Shown: positions 19,005 through 27,577 of the stretch, in pieces
Layout of the letters: each line of letters begins with the position of its first letter
Position numbering within the stretch: the stretch's first letter is position 1
IMG/VR virus record: IMGVR_UViG_3300025033_000016
Origin: an uncultured virus (IMG/VR IMGVR_UViG_3300025033_000016)
Lineage: Duplodnaviria > Heunggongvirae > Uroviricota > Caudoviricetes
DNA: 64,000 nt
Strand: one strand, 5' to 3'
Position numbers and translations under genes: made by a program
The notes under the pieces: model-generated
Database searches by the model: none
The model's input: only the letters and a program-made list of their open reading frames with translations
What the model was told of the DNA's origin: nothing

Positions 19005-19982
19005 CTATTTAGTCTCCCCGTAAACTGATTCTGTAGTCATATTAGACTTTGAATAGGCCGTTACTCTTCCACTGAAGAAATCACGAAACTCAACCCCAGC
19101 AGCCTCTTCGAAAATAGCCGCTACTTTACTAGCAGCTTTTACATCTACACTCTTCCAATTAGAGCTTAAACCTAACTCGTTAAGCTGTGAATTAGCTCTC
19201 ATACGAATAAACTGCTTAAGGTTGTATTCAGTAATACCACGCATCTCTCCGTGTTTAAACGCAGCTTCAATACTAGCGTCCTCTAACTGTACAGCTAGTC
19301 TAGCGGCCTCTACGATTTCAGTCTTAAGCTCGTCGGTTAGTAGGTTAGGATCTTCCTCTACCATAGTCCTAAATAACCAGCATCCTGCTTCAGCGTGTAA
19401 GCGCTCATCTAGAAAGCTCCAAGCTACGATTTGAGCTACACCCTCTAGCTTGCCGTACTTAGAGGGAGTCATTAGAATTGCAAAGGAGCTGAATAGTAGT
19501 ACACCCTCAGCGAAGCCGCTGAATATAGCTAAGCTTCTAGCTAGGTCTTTACGGCTTTTACCTTTTAGGTCAGCTAACATATCAAACTTATTTTTAACTG
19601 AATCGTCAGCTAAAAAAGCCTCATAGTCGTCTAACCCTATGCTACTCTGTAAGTAATCGTACCCCGTTGCGTGCGTTGATTCGACCCCGCCAAATAAAGC
19701 GGCCATCATTTTAATTTCAGTGGGTCCGAAATACTTAGCCACTACTTGAGTCCAATAGTCCGCTACGAATATTTCTGTTTGTACAAAGGTCTTAACCGTC
19801 TGCCCTATAATCTGCTTTTCAGCTTCGGTAAGGTTATGTTTCCAATCTTGTATATCGCGTTCCATTGAAACTTCAAAAGGGCTCCAGTGTGCGTTGTGTT
19901 GTTTTTCCCAATACTCATAAGCTTTGGGATATTTAAACGGTTTAAAAACGGCGTCTGCCTTGAATAACTTACTCATGCTCAA
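19005..19982 (-). CDS. nrdB: Ribonucleotide reductase class Ia beta subunit
   Basis: PFKYP, W...E, ESTH...Y, EGVLLFSSF, DERLH, DFF. Confidence 0.95.
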   Translation of the reverse strand: MSMSKLFKADAVFKPFKYPKAYEYWEKQHNAHWSPFEVSMERDIQDWKHNLTEAEKQIIGQTVKTFVQTEIFVADYWTQVVAKYFGPTEIKMMAALFGGVESTHATGYDYLQSSIGLDDYEAFLADDSVKNKFDMLADLKGKSRKDLARSLAIFSGFAEGVLLFSSFAILMTPSKYGKLEGVAQIVAWSFLDERLHAEAGCWLFRTMVEEDPNLLTDELKTEIVEAARLAVQLEDASIEAAFKHGEMRGITEYNLKQFIRMRANSQLNELGLSSNWKSVDVKAASKVAAIFEEAAGVEFRDFFSGRVTAYSKSNMTTESVYGETK

Positions 19983-20048
19983 TAGTAGCTCCTGCGTGTA
20001 GAATTTAGTGGGTTCTTTTATTTGTTGTAGAGTATTTAAAGCTGTAAG

Positions 20049-20633
20049 CTATTCGTTAGCTAAGACTTCATCTGCTAACCCCTCTTTAACCGCATCCTCG
20101 GCTGTATATGGCCTGTCAAACAGCTGTAATTTATCTAGTGCTTTTTTATTAAATCTAGGCTTTTTATGCTTGATTCTTTGTACTAAAATATTATCTATCT
20201 TAGCTAGATACTTCCGCTCAAAGTTACGCCAAGATTCTACGTCTGCCTCATGTCCTGAGTACCCTACCTGCCCTTTATGTATCATTACGATGGAGTGTTC
20301 TGATACTATCCTGTGATCGGCTGCTTGTAGGATAACTGCCCCCATACTACTTGCACTACCTCGTACAATAATAGTAATGTGATTAGCCGCTTGCATAATT
20401 GCGTCGTATATAGCCATTCCTGCATATATCTCTCCGCCGTCATGATTCATTATGATGGTTATAGGCTTATCTCCAGCAGGAGCGCTAGAGTCCAGAGCAT
20501 GGAGATCTTTTAAGAACTTATGTAGCCTATCTGATTCAGACTCGTTCTCTGATAGCGGATTAAGCCACATAGTACGTCTCCCTAAGTCCACCCCTAGTAA
20601 GTACATCTTCTCTAGCTGCTCTAGTCTACTCAT
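20049..20633 (-). CDS. clpP: ClpP-like serine protease
   Basis: PITIIMN..GG...GMAIYD, G.ASSMG (catalytic Ser), VMIH, A.DAV..GL.D. Confidence 0.85.
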   Translation of the reverse strand: MSRLEQLEKMYLLGVDLGRRTMWLNPLSENESESDRLHKFLKDLHALDSSAPAGDKPITIIMNHDGGEIYAGMAIYDAIMQAANHITIIVRGSASSMGAVILQAADHRIVSEHSIVMIHKGQVGYSGHEADVESWRNFERKYLAKIDNILVQRIKHKKPRFNKKALDKLQLFDRPYTAEDAVKEGLADEVLANE

Positions 20634-21127
20634 TTCAATAAATCCTCTCTAAGACTGCTACGTACCGCAGTTGCTGATAATTGCTTTTTATATGCTTCAG
20701 TCATTTTTACGTCAAGCTCATATGACGTGTGCTCAAAGTAGTCAAAGCCTAATACGTCAGATTCCTCTTTACTTGGCGTTACTGAATCAATCCACCTAAC
20801 TACTTCATATTGAGCAGTGAACCTGTTAACAGTTACTATCCTGATATAAACTGTAGCTTTTCCGTAAGGTTTGCTTATTATATCACCTGCTTTATACTGT
20901 GGTTTTAGCGTCCAGTCACCTAAGCATATAAACCTAAGGATGCTTACCCATTTGAGGTTCAGGACGTTCTTGCGTATTAAATAACTGGCTACTAAGGTAG
21001 AGGGTACTCCTACCAGTGTTAGTAGGTTTATAGGCGGCTGCTTTACACTGCGATCTACTACTACCACTGCGGCGGCTAGTAGATTAACAATTACCCAAAC
21101 TACCGATACTACATACAACCAAGTCAT
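20630..21127 (-). CDS. Membrane protein with KOW-like domain and tag
   Basis: Hydrophobic N-terminus, YKAGDII; ends AVRSSLREDLLK. Confidence 0.7.
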   Translation of the reverse strand: MTWLYVVSVVWVIVNLLAAAVVVVDRSVKQPPINLLTLVGVPSTLVASYLIRKNVLNLKWVSILRFICLGDWTLKPQYKAGDIISKPYGKATVYIRIVTVNRFTAQYEVVRWIDSVTPSKEESDVLGFDYFEHTSYELDVKMTEAYKKQLSATAVRSSLREDLLK

Positions 21128-21504
21128 TTTAGCAAATCCTCTCTCAAAGCACCTCTGACTACTTGTGGTCTAGGGTCTATTTTCTTGCAATGCTTTTCAT
21201 CGTGCCACCCATAAACACCGTGTGGGGTTACGCATTCCGGTAATACTGCGGTTTCTGTCGTGCTGAAATCAAAGAAATCTATGCCGACTGGGGGGTAGGT
21301 AGACATTAGTTTACCGCTACCTTCAACGTATTGTAGTAGTACGTAATCATCTGGCTGCGGGAAAGTGTCGTTGGGGCGTGTCTCTATAGCTTTGCCGTAA
21401 GTATAATCCACTACCTCTTTACAGTCTTCCCATCTAGCTACTACTCTAAATAGGCAAATATAGCCTGCAAAAGTCACTACATCTCCAGCCTTTAATTTAC
21501 TCAC
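21124..21504 (-). CDS. Tagged KOW/SH3-like protein
   Basis: KLKAGDVV; ends DPRPQVVRGALREDLLK. Confidence 0.8.
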   Translation of the reverse strand: MSKLKAGDVVTFAGYICLFRVVARWEDCKEVVDYTYGKAIETRPNDTFPQPDDYVLLQYVEGSGKLMSTYPPVGIDFFDFSTTETAVLPECVTPHGVYGWHDEKHCKKIDPRPQVVRGALREDLLK

Positions 21505-21814
21505 TAGCTAAATCCTCCCTTAACGAGTCTCGCACTGCCTTGGGGCGTAGGTCTACTAATCTTAACTCCTCCTCATTTGCCCAGGTATAGTTTTTATCTC
21601 CATTACTATTTATATAAGCAGCTAAATCGCAGCTGAGGTCTACTTCGGTAACAGTTAATAGAGATGCTAGGGTTTGGTAGTCGGGCGTTAGAAGCGTGGG
21701 GTAAACGATTAACACAGTGCCATCGGCAATATCATAGCAGACTACTTCAAATAGCTGATCTGGAAGCCATCTACCATCTGACCTTACTATATCCCCTGGC
21801 TTAAACTTATTCAC
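21497..21814 (-). CDS. Tagged KOW/SH3-like protein
   Basis: KFKPGDIV; ends DLRPKAVRDSLREDLASE. Confidence 0.8.
   Translation of the reverse strand: MNKFKPGDIVRSDGRWLPDQLFEVVCYDIADGTVLIVYPTLLTPDYQTLASLLTVTEVDLSCDLAAYINSNGDKNYTWANEEELRLVDLRPKAVRDSLREDLASE
21505..21544. repeat. 40-bp exact direct repeat, copy 1 (copy 2 at 24952..24991)
   Basis: TAGCTAAATCCTCCCTTAACGAGTCTCGCACTGCCTTGGG present at both sites; encodes the tag. Confidence 0.9.
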
Positions 21815-22203
21815 CTATTCACCCCATACGTAATAGCTGTAGTCACTACTGCCCCAGCCATGAAGTACAAGAAGATCTCCCAGGTCTTGCTATTCTCCGA
21901 CTCTATGAGCTTTTTAGTGCTATCCTCAGCTCTAGTTCTCCATAAATTAACCTGCTGACTTAGTACCTGATTGTCCTCTTGTATCAAGGCTATTTGCTTT
22001 GTCTGTAGACGCACGAGGTTGCTCTGTACGCCGAGTTCGTAGTTATTGAGGCGTACCTCCTTCTCAGCATCTAAAGTGAACAGGAAGCCCGTACAGGGCG
22101 TCTGAGCGCCTTCTTCTAAGTAGGTCACTGGCTTGCCACAAGCAGCATAACTACCAATACTGTAAGTTATTGATAATACATAGGCTAGGAGTTTATTGCG
22201 CAT
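21811..22203 (-). CDS. Exported coiled-coil protein with C-terminal TM (possibly spanin-related)
   Basis: Start moved to ATG 22203 (promoter 22211-22239); signal-peptide-like N-terminus, C-terminal hydrophobic helix. Confidence 0.55.
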   Translation of the reverse strand: MRNKLLAYVLSITYSIGSYAACGKPVTYLEEGAQTPCTGFLFTLDAEKEVRLNNYELGVQSNLVRLQTKQIALIQEDNQVLSQQVNLWRTRAEDSTKKLIESENSKTWEIFLYFMAGAVVTTAITYGVNR

Positions 22204-22210
22204 ACTACCT

Positions 22211-22239
22211 ACTATGCCACAAATGTCTTTGGTTGGCAA
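22211..22239 (-). promoter_or_regulatory. sigma70-type promoter TTGCCA-N17-CATAGT
   Basis: 17-nt spacer; 7 nt before ATG 22203. Confidence 0.55.
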
Positions 22240-22286
22240 GTATTTTATTCATCAAGGTTTATAACAGGTTAGAACAAATTAGAGAT

Positions 22287-22544
22287 ATGTCTAAGCTTAA
22301 ACGACTTCGAGAACGGCTAAAGTGTAACCAGCCTACTAGGTCTAATAGAGATGATAAGGTAAAGATGGTTAAGGCTTGCCAAGACGGTAAGGAAAAGATC
22401 ATACACTTTGGCGACCCTAATCTTAGTGTTAAAAGTCATATTCCTGAGCGTAAGAAATCCTACTGTGCTAGAAGTGGCGGACTAGGTAAACTTAAAGACA
22501 AACTCAGTTCAAACTACTGGTCACGGAAAAATTGGAAATGTTAA
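22287..22544 (+). CDS. Small basic phage protein (HFGD...RKKSYCAR...NYWS type)
   Basis: Motif pattern seen in phage hypotheticals; start placed at ATG 22287 after the AACAAAT motif. Confidence 0.7.
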   Translation: MSKLKRLRERLKCNQPTRSNRDDKVKMVKACQDGKEKIIHFGDPNLSVKSHIPERKKSYCARSGGLGKLKDKLSSNYWSRKNWKC

Positions 22545-22556
22545 AAGGAGAATAAT

Positions 22557-22730
22557 ATGTTTGGTGAAAATAAGAAGAAAAAGAATAAATACGGCTATAG
22601 CGAAGAAGCTAAGAAGAATTACGGAGACGCCTCTAAAGGATTCTTTAATCGTGGCGCTTCAGACGATGAAGACGAAAAGAAGAAAAAGAAAGAGCCTGCT
22701 CTAAAAAGATTAAGGAACTTGTTTAAGTAA
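22557..22730 (+). CDS. 57-aa Lys-rich protein (MFGENKKK...ALKRLRNLFK)
   Basis: AAGGAG SD; TAATG coupling to the next gene; below the ORF-track cutoff. Confidence 0.7.
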   Translation: MFGENKKKKNKYGYSEEAKKNYGDASKGFFNRGASDDEDEKKKKKEPALKRLRNLFK

Positions 22731-23011
22731 TGAAAGTTTTAAAAAACATCTGGGCGTGGGTAATTGCTGTTATCGGCTTTTTACTCGTAGCTTTAAAGAT
22801 TAGCAACTCTAAAAAGAACGCAGCTGAAGCTAAGGCTGCCTTGAGCGATACTAATAACAAACATGCTGAGCTAGAAGGTAGTCGCGCTAATATAAGAGAA
22901 AATCTAATCTACTTAGAAAAGAAAAAACAGGAGCTGATAAATTCTCAGCCCCCGTCGGGATTAACTCCTAAGCAAGTCGAAGCTTATTGGGCTTCTAAAG
23001 AGCGTAAATAG
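22730..23011 (+). CDS. N-terminal TM coiled-coil protein (i-spanin-like topology)
   Basis: Hydrophobic segment followed by heptads. Confidence 0.5.
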   Translation: MKVLKNIWAWVIAVIGFLLVALKISNSKKNAAEAKAALSDTNNKHAELEGSRANIRENLIYLEKKKQELINSQPPSGLTPKQVEAYWASKERK

Positions 23012-23754
23012 CTTTCCAGCATCTCAACTAAATCCTCTTTAGGAACTGCTATCATCCACCCTGCGTCATTACCCGCATAGATTACGCCTACTACATTACC
23101 GAAGAAGTTTACTGTAGGAGAGCCGATACTACCTCCCAGACCATGCACCGTAGTATGTAAGGACTCACTTACCCTAATACATACTACCATACCTTGAATT
23201 ACTACGGCTACAGTGCCAGTCTTATTTATACAGTAATCATGATCTTCCTTAGATAAAATCAAGGCTAATAAGGTATTAGACTTATGTAGTCCGATGAGTT
23301 GACCTTTGGACAAGGTAAACGGCATTACAGCTGGATGCCCTACTGCCATGACCTCTTCTCCTAGCTCATAGCGGCTAGCTAACTGCAAACCTTTTATTGA
23401 GTGTTCAGTTTGAATCTCAAGTAAGCATAAATCAGCGGGGCTTTTTACATGCGTCTTTTTTAAGGCTAATATGCGCTCTTTTCCATTAAGCGTATAGGTA
23501 GCCTGCGCTGCATCCTCTTGTAGATCACAAATGTGATCGTTGGTGACAGCTAAGGTTCTACCTTTATACTCTAGCACAAAGCCCGTTCCTACTGGATATC
23601 CGTGTTTATTTTTCATTAACAAGGTACTACTCTGTGTTTTACTTCTAATGTAATTGGAATGATACTGTGGAGCCTTTAGTACCATAAAAGCCCCTGCTAT
23701 AAAGCTTATGGTCAGTAGTCCTACAATAAATATATTTTCTCTAAGTCTAGTCAT
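22984..23754 (-). CDS. Membrane-anchored trypsin-like serine protease; catalytic Ser apparently Ile
   Basis: GTGF, TNDHIC, DLCLL, GHP, GGSIGSP...G.VVGV. Confidence 0.8.
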   Translation of the reverse strand: MTRLRENIFIVGLLTISFIAGAFMVLKAPQYHSNYIRSKTQSSTLLMKNKHGYPVGTGFVLEYKGRTLAVTNDHICDLQEDAAQATYTLNGKERILALKKTHVKSPADLCLLEIQTEHSIKGLQLASRYELGEEVMAVGHPAVMPFTLSKGQLIGLHKSNTLLALILSKEDHDYCINKTGTVAVVIQGMVVCIRVSESLHTTVHGLGGSIGSPTVNFFGNVVGVIYAGNDAGWMIAVPKEDLVEMLESYLRSLEAQ

Positions 23755-23998
23755 CTAATAAATCCTTTCGTAACGCAGCTCTAACTGCTTGTGGTCTTTC
23801 GTCTTGTACTAAATAATCCTCGAACGGTTGATATTCAACGATCCCTAGTGATGTAGCCAGCTTTAGTTTGTTAGGCATAGTAGTTACCACCTTACCTACT
23901 GGTATATATCGCGGATGGTTGGGGATTTTTGTATACACCCACTGTCCTTGTTTTAGGTGTACACCTTTAATCCATATGTAGTTATTAGGGTCCGACAT
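23747..23998 (-). CDS. Tagged small protein
   Basis: LKQGQWV; ends DERPQAVRAALRKDLLDD. Confidence 0.75.
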   Translation of the reverse strand: MSDPNNYIWIKGVHLKQGQWVYTKIPNHPRYIPVGKVVTTMPNKLKLATSLGIVEYQPFEDYLVQDERPQAVRAALRKDLLDD

Positions 23999-24004
23999 TT
24001 ATAC

Positions 24005-24658
24005 CTAGAACTCCGTAACCTGATGGGCTAGTAAATTCAGCTTTTCAATTACTCTGCTAGGGTAGAAGGCGGCATTGGCTACAGTAACCTTACTTACACC
24101 TTCTTGCTTAGCCCTAGCAATTACTATAGCCAAAGCATCCGTTAAGTCATGTGGTATTTCCCGATTCTTCAGTGTAATGTTAGATTTAATCTCAGTAGGC
24201 AGTAGTGGGATATAGGAACGCACGCAGTCTGCTGTAGGCTTCTTATAGTCTCGCTTAGTCTTGCCGTTTACTTTTTCAGTAATAGCTTTGATTCCTAAGA
24301 TACCTCTCCAACTAGAGGCTGACAGCTCGTTATAAGCTACTCGGTGCTTAGCGCAGGACTTCTCAACGAATGCGTTGATGGTAGGAATCACAGCGGCAGA
24401 GCCTAACTGTTTAGGATTCATAAAATAAGCTTCAGTAGTAGCCTCTTCTGTAATCAAGTCGCTAGCTGCTCCTCCCACTAATAAGTCTAGTCCCGAGTCC
24501 ATGTACAAGAAGCGCTGCCCTCTAGACCACTTAGTTCTAGTCCACAACATACCCGCTGCTTTTATGTACAATTCATCTGGATTTAGGTCTGCTACTACAT
24601 ATGCAAGGTGACTAGCTGAGGGGTCAATTGCTAATAAAGTTTTACGCTTCTTGCTCAT
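24005..24658 (-). CDS. ruvC: RuvC-like Holliday junction resolvase
   Basis: LAIDPS, EAYF, W...G, D.TDALAI. Confidence 0.7.
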   Translation of the reverse strand: MSKKRKTLLAIDPSASHLAYVVADLNPDELYIKAAGMLWTRTKWSRGQRFLYMDSGLDLLVGGAASDLITEEATTEAYFMNPKQLGSAAVIPTINAFVEKSCAKHRVAYNELSASSWRGILGIKAITEKVNGKTKRDYKKPTADCVRSYIPLLPTEIKSNITLKNREIPHDLTDALAIVIARAKQEGVSKVTVANAAFYPSRVIEKLNLLAHQVTEF

Positions 24659-24951
24659 TTTAGTAGGTCCTTTCTTAACGCAGCTCTGACTGCTTGAGGA
24701 CGGCTGTCTATTAGAGTTAGTTGAGCCTCATCAGCCCACCACATCTTAGCATTGGGGTTATACTTAGTCGTATCAAAATCAGACTCATCGCCTAAGTGGG
24801 GGGACCGGTGCAACTCCCATCCGTACTTTCCTTTGGAAATTTTACATAGTAGCCCATATGGTTTTCTCTTTTTATACACCACAATACCTACTCCCACTTC
24901 TCTATCAGAGTAGCGTATTACCACCTCATCTCCTACCTTAAACTTACTCAT
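24655..24951 (-). CDS. Tagged KOW/SH3-like protein, paralog of 3515..3811
   Basis: MSKFKVGD; ends DSRPQAVRAALRKDLLK. Confidence 0.8.
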   Translation of the reverse strand: MSKFKVGDEVVIRYSDREVGVGIVVYKKRKPYGLLCKISKGKYGWELHRSPHLGDESDFDTTKYNPNAKMWWADEAQLTLIDSRPQAVRAALRKDLLK

Positions 24952-25327
24952 TAGCTAAATCCTCCCTTAACGAGTCTCGCACTGCCTTGGGTCGATTATC
25001 TGGCATTAGAGTTATGCACTGAAAAAAGCTCATGTCGTCCCTAGTTCTAACAAACTCGTCACCTACTTTAATACTAGAATAGGCTTCTATGTGACTCGTC
25101 TTAAGCTTAGCATCTAACCTAAACGTGCAAATCTTTGAGTCCATATCTACTAAAGTTAACTCCCACACATCTATAATAGAAGCACCCTTCAAGTTATTAT
25201 GTAAAATACTTACGAAGTTAGTATCATCATATAAGTATTTAGCTCCAATTTTTAAATTGGATGGGATTACGCGTATTGTCGGATATGGGAAGGTATAGCT
25301 AGATTTAAACATACTATTAATTGACAT
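24944..25327 (-). CDS. Tagged small protein
   Basis: LKIGAKY; ends DNRPKAVRDSLREDLANE. Confidence 0.75.
   Translation of the reverse strand: MSINSMFKSSYTFPYPTIRVIPSNLKIGAKYLYDDTNFVSILHNNLKGASIIDVWELTLVDMDSKICTFRLDAKLKTSHIEAYSSIKVGDEFVRTRDDMSFFQCITLMPDNRPKAVRDSLREDLANE
24952..24991. repeat. 40-bp exact direct repeat, copy 2
   Basis: Identical to 21505..21544. Confidence 0.9.
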
Positions 25328-25328
25328 G

Positions 25329-26546
25329 CTACCCTAAGTATACCGGAAATGATTTATAAAAGCAAGTAGGTCTGCTATTAGTTTCTACATAAAAGTTAAT
25401 AGTTTGTCCAGCATGGCTATCAAAGCCCATAATAGCAGCGTATTCGTCCTGTCCACAGAGCGATTCATTGATAATATACTTACCACGTCCTAGACATAAA
25501 TATTCATGCCAATGACCTGATCTCATCATATGCAGTACTTTGCCAAACTGTGTTGATCTAGAAGCTAGGAGTCTATCTAAGCTTCTACGCTCCGTACCTT
25601 TTAAGTTATCTCCATGTTCGTACAAGATGTTATTGCCGTATACAGATAGTATACAGTTGCTGCCTTCAGGAATAATGAAGTTTAAGTTAGTTAACCCTTT
25701 AGCAGCTGCTAGCATTCGTAGGGTATGGTACACTACCCAGCTCATGTAATGCTTGCCTGGCTTATTCATAGTCTTCTCACGCTCAACTCGGTCATGATTA
25801 CCAGTAACGCAAGGTATATCAATAGCAATCCCTAGCAAAGCTAGAGGTTCGATAAGTTCGTCAAACAATAACTCAATAGCCCAACGCATCTGCTCCGAGT
25901 TACCGAACTCACAGCCTTTAGAAGACTCCATGCCATGCATAGAGCTAGACTCAACTAAATCTCCAATCAGTGCTAGGATGACTTTATCTACATTAAAAGA
26001 CTCGCTCTCTCTGGCATGTTCTTCTAAGAATACTCGACGAAGCTCGGCTAATCGGCTACGTGCTACATCTAAATTAAAGGTGTCTGTAAGCTTACCGATG
26101 TGTATGTCGCTAACCATAAGCTCCATAGTCATGCTCTTTTTCTTAGGGTTTCGTTTAGGAGCTTTAATCTTAGCTCTAGGCTTATTGAACTTAATCTTAC
26201 CTAGTGCAGCTTCGATGTCTTTTAAGGTTTGATCTTTGAGTAGCTGCTTATCGCCTAGCTTACGCTCTAGCTCCTTCAGGTACTTGTTAGTAGACTGCTG
26301 CCTTCTAATATGTACTAGATCTTTCTCAGTCATAGGGAAATAGGAGCTTTTGATGGCAGGTAATCCGCCTAGTTTAGTGACATCCCAGTTACTGATACCT
26401 TCTACGGTCTTATAGATCTGAGCAGCTGTAACTTGGCTAGGGTGTATTTCTTCTTGTATAGCTACGGTTTTAATAGCCCCTAGAATACGTGATAAGCGTT
26501 GCTCATCGGTTAGTTCTTTTTTGTTAGTCATTAGGTAATTCTCCAT
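25329..26546 (-). CDS. Calcineurin-like metallophosphoesterase/nuclease (start probably 26531)
   Basis: SDIHIG, GD, GNHD, HGD, GHWH. Confidence 0.85.
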   Translation of the reverse strand: MENYLMTNKKELTDEQRLSRILGAIKTVAIQEEIHPSQVTAAQIYKTVEGISNWDVTKLGGLPAIKSSYFPMTEKDLVHIRRQQSTNKYLKELERKLGDKQLLKDQTLKDIEAALGKIKFNKPRAKIKAPKRNPKKKSMTMELMVSDIHIGKLTDTFNLDVARSRLAELRRVFLEEHARESESFNVDKVILALIGDLVESSSMHGMESSKGCEFGNSEQMRWAIELLFDELIEPLALLGIAIDIPCVTGNHDRVEREKTMNKPGKHYMSWVVYHTLRMLAAAKGLTNLNFIIPEGSNCILSVYGNNILYEHGDNLKGTERRSLDRLLASRSTQFGKVLHMMRSGHWHEYLCLGRGKYIINESLCGQDEYAAIMGFDSHAGQTINFYVETNSRPTCFYKSFPVYLG

Positions 26547-27471
26547 TTTCGTAAGGTATATACGTACTAACCCAGCTATCTCTGTGCTGTTTTTTATAGT
26601 CTTCGATGGCCTTAGGATCGTTAGGTATGATACCCGAGCCTGTAATTACATACTCGCCGCTGCTTGATAAATCCGATAAGTGGTTCTTTACTACTTTAAG
26701 CTTACAGACTGTTCCAAACACAACCTTATTTCCATTTACTGTGGCTTGTAGTCTTTTGCCTTCCTTAACCTCAATACACATGCTAAGAGGGAACCAAATC
26801 TTCTCGCCGCCATTAGGTACTATCGTAGCGATGCCGCCAGCAAACTCAGCAGGCTTTACGTAAGCTTGAGTCAAGGCTAGCAGCGTAGCTGTTCCCTTAG
26901 AGTCTTCTCTACGTGTTGCCGTCAGGCGTTTCATAATTATAGGGTTGTAATACCCTATTACAGAGGCATTCTTTTGTGGACCATATCGCTTCTTAATGGA
27001 GCCGTCTTTGCTTATTTCCATAGACTCTACTGATGGAGTAGAGGCTACTGAGTCCCACAAGAATAATACATCATAAGGCAGTTTACCTGTTTTTACATCC
27101 TCGATCTTCTGTGATATATAATTATACACATCTTCTAGGTATTCTAGGTCTTCTCGTATGATGGCAGCCGACTTAGAAATGTCTAAGCCTTGGTTCTGTG
27201 CGTGAGTCCAGTCCATCTTGTTTTCTGTAATAATAAGTATCGGCACTACTCCCTGACGCTGCGCTTGTACGGCAGCTTGTATCATTAGGTTAGTTTTACC
27301 TGAGTTGCTTAGTCCGTATGCTACTGACATAGTACCCTTTCGTAGCCCTGGCATACCTATGGCCTCTGATACTTCCTTTTGTAGGATGATATCCTCGTCA
27401 GGCTTATATACTACGTCTACTTTATCTTCTGAATCTGAATAAGCTTCTAAATCGAACTTCTTTTTACTCAT
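26524..27471 (-). CDS. recA: RecA/UvsX-like recombinase
   Basis: GLSNSGKT, WDSVA, GGEKI.F, VVKN; start placed at ATG 27471. Confidence 0.85.
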   Translation of the reverse strand: MSKKKFDLEAYSDSEDKVDVVYKPDEDIILQKEVSEAIGMPGLRKGTMSVAYGLSNSGKTNLMIQAAVQAQRQGVVPILIITENKMDWTHAQNQGLDISKSAAIIREDLEYLEDVYNYISQKIEDVKTGKLPYDVLFLWDSVASTPSVESMEISKDGSIKKRYGPQKNASVIGYYNPIIMKRLTATRREDSKGTATLLALTQAYVKPAEFAGGIATIVPNGGEKIWFPLSMCIEVKEGKRLQATVNGNKVVFGTVCKLKVVKNHLSDLSSSGEYVITGSGIIPNDPKAIEDYKKQHRDSWVSTYIPYENGELPND

Positions 27472-27478
27472 ACGTACT

Positions 27479-27507
27479 ACTATACAGTATTGGAACATTA
27501 TATGCAA
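27479..27507 (-). promoter_or_regulatory. sigma70-type promoter TTGCAT-N17-TATAGT
   Basis: Divergent partner of the 27532 promoter; 7 nt before the recA ATG. Confidence 0.7.
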
Positions 27508-27531
27508 GTAATTTATTTATCGTAAATATAC

Positions 27532-27560
27532 TTGACATCTGGCACGATCTTTGCTATAAT
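27532..27560 (+). promoter_or_regulatory. Consensus sigma70 promoter TTGACA-N17-TATAAT
   Basis: Perfect consensus with extended TGn and AT-rich upstream sequence. Confidence 0.9.
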
Positions 27561-27577
27561 ATAGATACACAAGGACG

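Noticed and set aside
1443..25327. Tag repeats interpreted as a CRISPR array or integron attC sites
   Set aside because: They are coding, vary at synonymous positions, are not palindromic or regularly spaced, and no cas or integrase gene is visible.
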